Assembly (NCBI GenBank): GCA_965202985.1 | Contig: CBDBCF010000001.1 | Span: 2,016,001 to 2,080,000 of the forward strand | Length of the DNA: 64,000 nucleotides | Source of the DNA: Longimicrobiales bacterium | GTDB lineage: Bacteria > Gemmatimonadota > Gemmatimonadetes > Longimicrobiales > Gaopeijiaceae | Reading direction: 5' to 3' | Part shown: positions 17,993 to 27,087 of the stretch, piece after piece | Position numbering within the stretch: the first letter of the stretch is position 1 | Layout of the letters: each line of letters begins with the position of its first letter | Made by a program: the position numbers and the translations under genes | The notes under the pieces: generated by a model | What the model was told of the DNA's origin: nothing | The model's database searches: none | What the model saw: the letters and a program-made list of their open reading frames with translations, nothing else

Positions 17993-19453
17993 CTACCGTC
18001 TCGGCAGAGGCGGCGCCTGACCTTCCGGAAGCGGCGAGCGGTAGGGCTGGCCACCCGTCTGCCGTGCGTGTTCCTCCTTGGCGCGGGCCAGCAGATCGGC
18101 ATCCAAGACCAATTCGGCGCCCATGAGCGCCATGGCGCGGGTGGCGACTTGCGCGCCCTTGACGGCGCCCGGCGTGGCGTGCGAAGCGCTGGTTGCCCAC
18201 GAATGCCACGGCACGTTCTCGGCCGCCGTGGTCACGCGGAACTCCACCGTCGGCGCGATGTAGCTGACCTCGGCCACGTCCGACGATCCGCCGCCGGCCA
18301 TGACGGGCCTGTCCGCCAAGTGGTCGATCGTGTCGTTCAAGCCCGTCGTCTCCACGTCCAGGAACTGTTGCAGTTCGCGCGCGAACCTCTGGTCCTCTTC
18401 GTCGAAGGCGGGCGGGCCGACGCGCTCCAAGTTCGCCTGCATGGCTTCCTGCAACGGCCGCACCAGCGTGTACGGATGCACGCCCGTCACCAGGAACACC
18501 TCGTGCCGCGTGCGCGTCATCTGCGCGGCCCCGGCAGCGATGTCGAGAATCCAGGCATAGTGCTTGTCGACGGCCGCGCGAGTCGTGTCGCGAACGTAGT
18601 ACCATGCCCGGGCGTACTCCGGCACTACGTTGGGCGCGTCGCCGGCGTTCGGGATCACGTAGTGGATGCGCGCGCTGGTCTCCACGTGTTCGCGCATCAT
18701 GTTCACGCCGTGGTTCATGAGTTCGACCGCGTCCAGCGCGCTTCGCCCGTTCCAAGGATCGGCGGCGCCGTGCGCGGCCTGGCCCCGGAAGGCGACCTCG
18801 AAGTTGTTGAGCGCCCGAGCCCCGTTGTTGCTGACGGCGGTGTTCTGCCCCGGATGCCAAACGATCGACGCGTCCAGGTCGTTGAAGAGCCCGTCTCGCG
18901 CCATGTAGACCTTGCCGACGAGCGTCTCCTCCGCCGGCGTGCCGTAGAGCCGCACGGTGCCCGTCGTGCCATGGTCCGCCATCATCCGCTTGATCGCAAT
19001 GGCCGCCGCCACCGACGCCGCGCCGAACAGGTTGTGCCCGCACCCGTGGCCGTGCACGTGGCCGTCTTCCCGAGGCGCGCGCCGGGGTTCGGGGGCGTTG
19101 CCGATGTTGGGCAGCGCGTCGTACTCCGCCAGAACGCCCAGGATCGGGCGCCCGGAGCCCCACGAAGCCACGAACGCCGTGGGCAGTCCCGCCGCGCCCC
19201 GCTCCAGGGCGAACCCCTCGTCTTCCAGGACGCGGGCCAAGTAGCTCGACGACTCCGCTTCTTCCATGGCGATCTCCGCGAAGTCCCACAAGCGCAAGGA
19301 CATCTCGGCCACGAGATCGTCGAGGGCGGCGGCATGGTCGAGCGCGCCCTGCTTGCCTTGCTCGACGGACTGGGCGGCTGCGACCGCGGATATGGGCGCG
19401 ACGACGGCTAGGGCGAGCGCGACGGCGACGCGCACAACGGACACGTGGTTCAT
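17993..19453 (-). CDS. M20 amidohydrolase (p-aminobenzoyl-glutamate hydrolase subunit B-like), secreted
   Basis: EYDALP, HGCGHNLFG, GTPAEE, GRSALDA, GGSSDV, PWHSW; signal peptide. Confidence 0.9.
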   Translation of the reverse strand: MNHVSVVRVAVALALAVVAPISAVAAAQSVEQGKQGALDHAAALDDLVAEMSLRLWDFAEIAMEEAESSSYLARVLEDEGFALERGAAGLPTAFVASWGSGRPILGVLAEYDALPNIGNAPEPRRAPREDGHVHGHGCGHNLFGAASVAAAIAIKRMMADHGTTGTVRLYGTPAEETLVGKVYMARDGLFNDLDASIVWHPGQNTAVSNNGARALNNFEVAFRGQAAHGAADPWNGRSALDAVELMNHGVNMMREHVETSARIHYVIPNAGDAPNVVPEYARAWYYVRDTTRAAVDKHYAWILDIAAGAAQMTRTRHEVFLVTGVHPYTLVRPLQEAMQANLERVGPPAFDEEDQRFARELQQFLDVETTGLNDTIDHLADRPVMAGGGSSDVAEVSYIAPTVEFRVTTAAENVPWHSWATSASHATPGAVKGAQVATRAMALMGAELVLDADLLARAKEEHARQTGGQPYRSPLPEGQAPPLPRR

Positions 19454-19663
19454 GTGGCTGGACTTCCTTGCGTGGGTTGGCGAGCGAGGACTCGGTCGCT
19501 GGACGACGAACGATCCTGCGACAGGCGGCACGGTACGCAACGCCGTCGCGGGCGGCAACCTTGCGCCGGCGCGGGCGGCGGACGGCGGAATCCCGTACTT
19601 TGCCGCGGTGGCCCGGCATCCAAAGGCCGATGGCCGCCGTTCCCCCTCGCAAAGGAAGAAGAC

Positions 19664-20833
19664 TTGAAAGGTTCCCTGAACGCTGTCGCGCTGGCCGGCT
19701 TCTCGGCCTTCTTGGCGTGCGAAGTGGCCCCTGGTTCTCCGGGCGACTCCACGTCGGACGGTTCCGCTGGCGGGCCGACCGGTTCCGCGGGCGCGCCGCC
19801 GGCCTTTCGAGTGGACGCCTCCTGGCCCCTGGAGCTGCCCAACGACTGGATACTCGGCGCCATCACGTCGGTGTTCGTGGACGGGCGGGACCATGTCTGG
19901 ATCACGCACCTGCCCGAGACGTTGACGCCCGAGGAGGCCGCCGCCGTCCAAGACCCGCCGATCGGCGAGTGTTGCGTGCCCGCGCCGATCGTCCTCGAGC
20001 TCGACCCGTCGGGCGCCGTGGTCCAAGCGTGGGGCCATCCGTCCCAGGACCCGTCGGAGTTCCCCCAGGCCGCCCACGGCCTCTTCGTCGACCACAACGA
20101 GAACGTGTGGATCGGGACGTACCGCCATCACCGGGTCATGAAGTTCACGCGCTCCGGCGAGCACCTGGCGACGCTGGGCGAGTACGACGTCAACGGGGGC
20201 AGCGCCGACACCCGGCTCTTGGGCGGCCCCGCCGGCGTCTGGGTGGACCCCAGCACCAACGAAGTCTTCGTGGCCGACGGCTACCGCAATCGTCGCGTGG
20301 TGGTCTTCGACGGCGACACGGGCATGTACATGCGCCATTGGGGCGCGTACGGCGAGCCGCCCGACGACGAGGCCGAGTACGACTACGCCGCCCGCACCGC
20401 CGACGGTCCCCCGCCGACCCAGTTCTCCACCGTCCACGGACTGGTCGGCTCCGCCGACGGCCTGATCTACGTCGCCGACCGTCGCGGCAACCGCATCCAG
20501 GTCTTCCAGCAGGACGGCACGTTCGTGACCGAGAAGACGGTGGCCCCTCTGACGCGGGCGTCCGGCTCGGCGTTCGTGGTCGCCCTGTCGCCCGACCCCG
20601 ATCAACGCTGGCTGTACTTGGCCGACGGCACCAACCACAAGGTGTGGATCCTTCGCCGCTCGGACTTGGAGATCGTCGGCGAGTTCGGGCGCGGCGGCCG
20701 CCAAGTCGGCCAGTTCATTCGCCCCCATGGAATGGCCGTGGACTCGCAAGGCAATATCTACGTGGGCGAAGCGTCCACGGGCCGACGTGTCCAGAAGTTC
20801 GTGGCAGCGGACCCGGACGGGAGCGAATCATGA
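19664..20833 (+). CDS. NHL-repeat beta-propeller lipoprotein
   Basis: FLA-C lipobox; repeated VFVADG/IYVADR/PHGMAVDSQGNIYV NHL blades; TTG start after AAGGAAG. Confidence 0.85.
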   Translation: MKGSLNAVALAGFSAFLACEVAPGSPGDSTSDGSAGGPTGSAGAPPAFRVDASWPLELPNDWILGAITSVFVDGRDHVWITHLPETLTPEEAAAVQDPPIGECCVPAPIVLELDPSGAVVQAWGHPSQDPSEFPQAAHGLFVDHNENVWIGTYRHHRVMKFTRSGEHLATLGEYDVNGGSADTRLLGGPAGVWVDPSTNEVFVADGYRNRRVVVFDGDTGMYMRHWGAYGEPPDDEAEYDYAARTADGPPPTQFSTVHGLVGSADGLIYVADRRGNRIQVFQQDGTFVTEKTVAPLTRASGSAFVVALSPDPDQRWLYLADGTNHKVWILRRSDLEIVGEFGRGGRQVGQFIRPHGMAVDSQGNIYVGEASTGRRVQKFVAADPDGSES

Positions 20834-22275
20834 ATCGCGCGACTTGCCCGATCGGCGTTCTTCTTCTGCTCATGGCGCAGCCGCTGCGAGCCCACGGCCA
20901 GGAGCCCTATCCTTACGACGCCAACTGCAGCACTTGGCCCGTCGCGGAAGGCCCGTACGCCGTAGGCACAATCGAGTTCGCGGTTACCGACTGGCTGCGC
21001 GGCACGGAGTATGCCCCCGCGCCGACCGACTACCGACGCCTCTATGTCCGCGCCTGGTATCCGGCCGACCGCCCGGACGCGCCGAGCACGCCCGATGCGG
21101 CCTCCGGCGCGCCCCCCGCTCGCCGACCGTACTTTACGCCGGTCGAGATGACGACGCTGGCAAGCGGCCTCATGACGGCGCTGGGCCAGCCCGACGACGC
21201 ACTGCGCAACTGCGCCGCGCTGGCCACGAATTCATACGAGGACGCCGCGCCTGCTGAGGGGCGCTTCCCCCTTGTCGGATACAATCACGGCTACACGTCG
21301 TATCCAGCCCAGCAGACGGCGTTGTTCGAGCACTTGGCGGCGAACGGGTACGTGGTCGTCTCGGTTGGGCATCCTTACGAATCGGGCGGGTTGGCGTACC
21401 CGGACGGCGACGTGCTGGAGATGTCGCCCAGGATTACGCAGGACTTGCAACGGTACGGCGGGGACTTGTCCGCCCTGACGGTGCACTATCCTCCCGACTT
21501 GGCGACGGCGCTGGACGCGCTGCCCGGCTACTTCCAACGACTGCGCGCGACATCGCTCGGGCGACTTGCGCCCGTATGGCGCGACGACGTGCTCTTCGTC
21601 GTGGATCGGCTGGAAGATCGGGACGTGCCGGCCAAGGTTGCGGCGCTTGCGGCGGCGGCCGACTACGACGCCCGGGCCTACATGGGCATGTCGTACGGCG
21701 GCTACATCGCGGCGATGCTCGCCCAGACCGACCTTCGGGCCAAGGCCGCGGTCAACTTGGACGGCGGATACTGGACGGCCGAGCTCGTGGATGCCGACGT
21801 GCGCACGCCGCTCCTAATGCTCAACTCCGATCCGACCCAGGTACTGGCTGGACTGCCCCCGGCGCTGGCCGACGCTCCCGTCTACCGCGGCGAGTACGGC
21901 CCCGACGCTCCCACGGCCGGCGACTTGGCCTACGAACGACTGGCCCGCGCAGGGCTTCGACCAGACGTGCACAGGATCATGGTGCCGGGCATTCAGCACA
22001 TCGCCGTGTCCGACCTGTCGGAGCTGGTGGGCGCGCCGGCCGCAGCGCCGTTCCTGGGCGACCCCGAAGTCGTCGAACGATTCACCGTCATGCAGAACGA
22101 CCTCGTCCTGGGTTTCTTGGACCGCTACCTGAGGGGGGACGATTCGTCGTACCCGGCCGCAGAGTTTCCTGCGCAAGTGCTGTCGATGCATCCGCACTTG
22201 CTCGTTCGCGACAAGGACGACATCCGACGGCAGGCGGAGGCGTTGGGATTGGCGGGCGGTTCTCGTTCTCGTTAG
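20830..22275 (+). CDS. secreted alpha/beta hydrolase (PAF-acetylhydrolase/chlorophyllase-like)
   Basis: GPYAVG, AWYP, NHGY, GMSYGG nucleophile elbow, NLDG. Confidence 0.85.
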   Translation: MNRATCPIGVLLLLMAQPLRAHGQEPYPYDANCSTWPVAEGPYAVGTIEFAVTDWLRGTEYAPAPTDYRRLYVRAWYPADRPDAPSTPDAASGAPPARRPYFTPVEMTTLASGLMTALGQPDDALRNCAALATNSYEDAAPAEGRFPLVGYNHGYTSYPAQQTALFEHLAANGYVVVSVGHPYESGGLAYPDGDVLEMSPRITQDLQRYGGDLSALTVHYPPDLATALDALPGYFQRLRATSLGRLAPVWRDDVLFVVDRLEDRDVPAKVAALAAAADYDARAYMGMSYGGYIAAMLAQTDLRAKAAVNLDGGYWTAELVDADVRTPLLMLNSDPTQVLAGLPPALADAPVYRGEYGPDAPTAGDLAYERLARAGLRPDVHRIMVPGIQHIAVSDLSELVGAPAAAPFLGDPEVVERFTVMQNDLVLGFLDRYLRGDDSSYPAAEFPAQVLSMHPHLLVRDKDDIRRQAEALGLAGGSRSR

Positions 22276-22288
22276 TTGGGAAGCCGCG

Positions 22289-22576
22289 TTATTCCTGCTT
22301 GGAGCTGAGCAAGTGTTCGACAATGCGCCCTACGTCGGACCGGGTAGCCTCCACAGTGGTTGCCAAGCTCGCAACGGTGGACGCCAAGCCCGCTACCGTG
22401 GACGTCAGGCCCGCCACCGTGGATTTGAGTTCGGCCACCTCCTCCTTGGTGGCCAGCGTCTCCTTCCACTTTCCAAGGTCGAACGCTTTACGAATGACCC
22501 ACGCAACACCCACGCCCAGCGGCACCGCTGCACCAAGCCCGGTTGCCACGCCCTGACCGATCGCATTCCAGTCCAT
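22289..22576 (-). CDS. small membrane-anchored coiled-coil protein with 7-aa repeats
   Basis: GAGGAG RBS; N-terminal hydrophobic helix; STVAGLT-STVAGLA-STVASLA-TTVEAT heptads. Confidence 0.7.
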   Translation of the reverse strand: MDWNAIGQGVATGLGAAVPLGVGVAWVIRKAFDLGKWKETLATKEEVAELKSTVAGLTSTVAGLASTVASLATTVEATRSDVGRIVEHLLSSKQE

Positions 22577-22847
22577 TCTTTCTCCTCGCTCGGCAAGTAA
22601 GTTGTGCTTGTAGTCGACGATGCCGGGGCGCGGCTCGCCGAGAATCGAAGGTGCAACGTACACCGCACCGCGACGACAAGTCAAGGCTCGCGTGAATTCG
22701 CAGCCGCCAACGGCGCCGCGGGGTGGGCACGAGGATCCCACGAAGCGGGCACGAGGGATTGCGCCGCCCAAGGGGTTGGCAAATCTTATGTAGTCCTCCA
22801 TGTCGGCCGCGCCATCGGCGGTCCCCTATCGACCCAGGAAAAATCCC

Positions 22848-25800
22848 ATGCGCACATTGACCTGCCCGCCTTCGTCAGTTCTCGCTTGCACAGCCCTTCT
22901 TGCGGGGCTGGCGGCGAGCGCCCCCGCTAGCACCCCCGCCGGCGCCTCCGTCGTCGTTTCCGCCGGTGCAGCCTCCCACGGAGCCGTCTCTCATGGGGCC
23001 GCTCCCTTCGCCCAGCCCTTCGACACGCTCGCCTTCAAGGACCTCCGCTACCGGATGGCGGGGCCCTACCGGGGCGGCCGCTCGACGGCGGCTGCCGGGT
23101 TTCTGAACGACCCGGACCGCTGGATCATGGGCGTCACGGGGGGTGGCGTCTGGGAGTCCGCCGACAACGGCGTCTCGTGGCGGAACATCTCGGACGGCTG
23201 GTTCGGCGGCTCGATCGGCGCGGTGGCGGTGGCGCCGTCGGACCCGAACGTCATCTACGTGGGGCAGGGGTCGATGGACATCCGAGGCAACACGTCCACG
23301 GGGCGGGGCGCCTGGAAGTCCGTGGACGGCGGGCGCACGTGGGCGTTCATCGGGCTGCCGGAGGCGGGACAGATCGGTCGCATCGAGGTGCATCCCAAGG
23401 ACTACGACCTGGTCTACGTTGCCGCACTGGGCCACCCCTTTGGCAAGAACCCGGAGCGCGGCGTCTTTCGATCCACGGACGGCGGCGACAGCTGGGAACA
23501 CGTGCTGGCGCTCAACGACTCCACCGGCGCGTCCGACTTGACGCTGGACAGCACGAATCCGCGCGTCTTGTACGCGGGCATGTGGCGCGGCGAACGCAAG
23601 CCTTGGGCGCTGATCTCGGGCGCCGAAGAGGGCGGCGTGTACAAGTCCGTCGACGGGGGCGACACGTGGACCAAGCTCCAAGGCGGACTGCCGGAAGGGA
23701 TCGTCGGCAAGGTGGGCGTCAGCGCGTCGCCGGCGGACCCCGACCGCGTGTGGGCGATCGTCGAGGCCGAGCCGGACGGGGGCGTGTACCGCTCCGACGA
23801 CGCCGGCAAGACGTGGACGCGGACCAACTCCGACAACAACTTGCGCCAGCGCGCGTGGTACTACACGCACGTGCAGGCCGATCCAGTCGATCGCAACACC
23901 GTGTATGCCTTGAACACGAGCTTGTACAGATCGGTGGACGGGGGCACGACCTTCGAAGTCATTCCCGTGCCGCACGGCGACGTGCACGACCTTTGGATTC
24001 ATCCCGACGACCCGGACCGCATGGTCGTGGCCGACGACGGCGGTGCACAAGTCACCGTCAACGGAGGCGAGACCTGGTCCACGTACTTCAATCAGCCCAC
24101 GGCCGAGCTGTACGATGTCATGGTGGACAACGGCTTCCCCTATCGCCTGTACGGCGCCCAGCAGGACAACACCACGATATCCGTGCCGGCTTGGTCCGAC
24201 GTGAACACGCTCTATCCCAAGGAGCACTGGCAGAACGTGGGCGGATGCGAGACGGGTCCGATCGCCCTCGATCCCGACCGGCCGCACATCGTCTATGCGG
24301 GTTGCTACGGAGGCGTCATGGACCGGTACGACTTGTCGACGGGACAGCGGCGCAACGTCATGCTGTATCCGCAGCTGCAACTGGGCATGGCGGCCAAGGA
24401 CCTTCGCCACCGCTTCCAGTGGGTGTCGCCGATGCTGGTGAGCGTGCACGACCACCGCACACTCTATCATGCGTCCCAGTACGTGAACCGCTCCCGCGAC
24501 GAGGGCGCGACGTGGGAGACGATCAGTCCCGACTTGACCACCAACACGCCCGAGCATCAGGAGCAGTCCGGCGGTCCGATCAACGCCGACGTGACGGGCG
24601 TCGAGATCTACAACGTGGTCTTCTCGCTGGCGGAGTCGGCGTCGGACCCGAACGAGGTCTGGGCGGGCAGCGACGACGGCCGCGTTCACGTCACGCGGGA
24701 CGGCGGCGCCAACTGGACCGAGATCACGCCCGCGGAGATGCCGGCCCTGGGCACGGTGGACGAGATCGAGCTGTCGGCCCACGCCCCCGGGCGCGCCTAC
24801 TTGGCCGTGCACAAGTATCGCATGGACGACTTTCGGCCCTACGTCTTCCGCACGGACGACTACGGAGCGTCGTGGACGCTGGCCGTGGACGGGATCCCTG
24901 CGGACTACCCCGTGCGCACCGTGCGCGAGGACCCCGAGCGCGAAGGCCTGCTCTTCGCCGGCACCGAGTTCGGCGTGTTCGTTTCCTTCGACGGGGGCGG
25001 CCAGTGGCAGAGCTTTCAGCGCAACTTGCCGATCGTTCCCGTCACCGGAATGCGGCTTGCGCACGACGACCTGATCGTGTCTACGCAGGGCCGGTCGTTC
25101 TGGATCATGGACGACATGAGCCCCTTGCGGGAGCTTGATGCGGCACTGGCGGACGGGGCAGGCTCGGCGGACGGGGCAGGCGACGCGACGGAAGCCGGCT
25201 CGCCGGCGGGCGCCTACTTGTTCACGCCTCGGGACGTGCGGCGGCTCACCAACGTGGGGCCGACGTTCTTGGCGGAGCTGTCGCCCGAGCCGCGTCCGGC
25301 GGGTGCGCTGATCCACTTCTACATGCCCGAGGAATACGACGACGGCGATTCCCTTCGCATCGAAGTCGTGGACTCCCGGGACCAGGTGGTGCGCACGTTT
25401 TCGCCGGACTCGGCAGTGGCGGACGAGCCCGGCGGCGTGCAGATCGACCCGCAACCCGGACTCAACCGGATCGCCTGGACGCTGTCGTATGCCGGTCCGG
25501 AGCTGCCCGAAGGCGCGGTGCAGTGGGGCTACACCGGAGGCGTGGCCGCGCCGCCGGGAGAGTACCGGGTCCGCATGACGGAAGGCGAAACGGCGGGCGG
25601 CGCCATGTCGGAACGGGCGTTCACGCTGTTGCCGGACCCGCGCATCGACGATGTGGCGGCGGGCGGATACCAGGAGCAGTTCCGGGTTGCGATCGAGGCG
25701 CGAGACTCCATCAACGCCATCACGCGGGCGATCGAGGACTTGGCCGCCGTGCGCGAGCAGGTGCAGAGCGCAATGGAGCGGGCGCGGTCGGCGGAGGTGG

Positions 25801-26165
25801 AGGGCGAGCTGCAAGCGTTGGCAGACACGTTGCGCGACAAGTCTACGGGCATCACCGAAGACCTGATGCAGACCAAGAACCAGTCGAGTCAAGACCCCAT
25901 CCGGTTCCCGCCCCGACTGGACAACCAGTGGATGGAGCTGTACGGGCGCGTCACCGGCACGGACGGCTACATCTCCGGCGGCGCGGACGGCCCTCCGCAG
26001 CAAGGAACTCTGGAGCGCATGGACGATCTGCTGCAGGAGTGGGAAGACGTGAGAGTTCGCTACCTGGACCTGCTCGAAAACGAACTGGCGCGGTTCAACG
26101 AAGCGGTGGAACGCCTGGGGTTGCCGGCCGTCGTGCTGCCCCAGCGTGGCCGGATCGTCAGCTGA
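22848..26165 (+). CDS. VPS10/BNR(Asp-box)-repeat glycosyl hydrolase-like secreted protein
   Basis: GPYRGGRS, many SxDGGxTW Asp-boxes, signal peptide, C-terminal helical region. Confidence 0.9.
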   Translation: MRTLTCPPSSVLACTALLAGLAASAPASTPAGASVVVSAGAASHGAVSHGAAPFAQPFDTLAFKDLRYRMAGPYRGGRSTAAAGFLNDPDRWIMGVTGGGVWESADNGVSWRNISDGWFGGSIGAVAVAPSDPNVIYVGQGSMDIRGNTSTGRGAWKSVDGGRTWAFIGLPEAGQIGRIEVHPKDYDLVYVAALGHPFGKNPERGVFRSTDGGDSWEHVLALNDSTGASDLTLDSTNPRVLYAGMWRGERKPWALISGAEEGGVYKSVDGGDTWTKLQGGLPEGIVGKVGVSASPADPDRVWAIVEAEPDGGVYRSDDAGKTWTRTNSDNNLRQRAWYYTHVQADPVDRNTVYALNTSLYRSVDGGTTFEVIPVPHGDVHDLWIHPDDPDRMVVADDGGAQVTVNGGETWSTYFNQPTAELYDVMVDNGFPYRLYGAQQDNTTISVPAWSDVNTLYPKEHWQNVGGCETGPIALDPDRPHIVYAGCYGGVMDRYDLSTGQRRNVMLYPQLQLGMAAKDLRHRFQWVSPMLVSVHDHRTLYHASQYVNRSRDEGATWETISPDLTTNTPEHQEQSGGPINADVTGVEIYNVVFSLAESASDPNEVWAGSDDGRVHVTRDGGANWTEITPAEMPALGTVDEIELSAHAPGRAYLAVHKYRMDDFRPYVFRTDDYGASWTLAVDGIPADYPVRTVREDPEREGLLFAGTEFGVFVSFDGGGQWQSFQRNLPIVPVTGMRLAHDDLIVSTQGRSFWIMDDMSPLRELDAALADGAGSADGAGDATEAGSPAGAYLFTPRDVRRLTNVGPTFLAELSPEPRPAGALIHFYMPEEYDDGDSLRIEVVDSRDQVVRTFSPDSAVADEPGGVQIDPQPGLNRIAWTLSYAGPELPEGAVQWGYTGGVAAPPGEYRVRMTEGETAGGAMSERAFTLLPDPRIDDVAAGGYQEQFRVAIEARDSINAITRAIEDLAAVREQVQSAMERARSAEVEGELQALADTLRDKSTGITEDLMQTKNQSSQDPIRFPPRLDNQWMELYGRVTGTDGYISGGADGPPQQGTLERMDDLLQEWEDVRVRYLDLLENELARFNEAVERLGLPAVVLPQRGRIVS

Positions 26166-27039
26166 ACCGCTGCTGCGCCAGCCCGTCCGCCAGCAGCCGA
26201 TGCAGGGCCGTCGGGTTCTCGATGTTCAGCCAGTGTCCGCCTTCGACTTCGTGAAGGAAGACGCGGCCCGTGCGCTGGCCGGCCGTTCGGATGCGGTCCA
26301 AGGCCGGCGCGTCCAGCACTTGCGACGCCCGCGCCTTGACGATGTGGACCGAGGCGCCGAGCGGCGGGGACTCCACGGCGGACCACGCGTCGGTGCGCGC
26401 ATAGTCGCGAAGCAGGGTCTCCATGTCGTCGGGGTCGATGCGCCAATGCCACGCCTGCCCGTTGTCGCCTTCGACCACGTTCGTGGCCATCCAGTTCGCG
26501 ACCAGGCCGGAGAAGCCTTCTGCCCAAATGGTCTCCGCGGCGCGACGACGGCTGGCGAAGGGACCCGGGTTGCGCCGAAGGGCTTCCAGCATTCGCCATG
26601 CTGTGCCGCGAGGCTGCGAAGGGCTGTGGCTCCATGGGCCCGGCGCCGAATCGACGACCCACGTTTGGCCCCACTGGGGCAGCGTCCGCGGCGCCGACGT
26701 CCCGGCCGGCGCTTGCTTGGCCCGTCGCCGGGCGTGCAGCAACGCCACCTTGCCGCCGAAGGAGTGGCCCAGCACTGCGTCGGCGGGGCGGCCCAAGTGC
26801 TCTTCCAGGTGGGCCAGGTCGCGAACGCATGCGTCCAGCGTGTGCGGCGGCGAAAACGGCGGCGACTTGCCGTGGCACCGCAGGTCCACGAGCACGATGC
26901 GCCAGTCGGGTCGCTCCGTCACCAGTTTCCGGGCCACCGATGCCCAGTTCCGCCCGGCTCCGTAGATGCCGTGAAGCAGAAGCATCTGTTTCTGCCGCGT
27001 CTCCGGCGATCCGGCCGACACGATCTCGTGATTCAGCAC
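26158..27039 (-). CDS. alpha/beta hydrolase (YbfF/ABHD11-like esterase)
   Basis: LLHGIYGAGRNW, VDLRCHGKS, GHSFGGK, GHWLNIENP. Confidence 0.88.
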   Translation of the reverse strand: MLNHEIVSAGSPETRQKQMLLLHGIYGAGRNWASVARKLVTERPDWRIVLVDLRCHGKSPPFSPPHTLDACVRDLAHLEEHLGRPADAVLGHSFGGKVALLHARRRAKQAPAGTSAPRTLPQWGQTWVVDSAPGPWSHSPSQPRGTAWRMLEALRRNPGPFASRRRAAETIWAEGFSGLVANWMATNVVEGDNGQAWHWRIDPDDMETLLRDYARTDAWSAVESPPLGASVHIVKARASQVLDAPALDRIRTAGQRTGRVFLHEVEGGHWLNIENPTALHRLLADGLAQQRFS

Positions 27040-27087
27040 GCTCACCCAAGCACGATAACCGTTCGCCGCGCCGTATGCACAGCCGGT

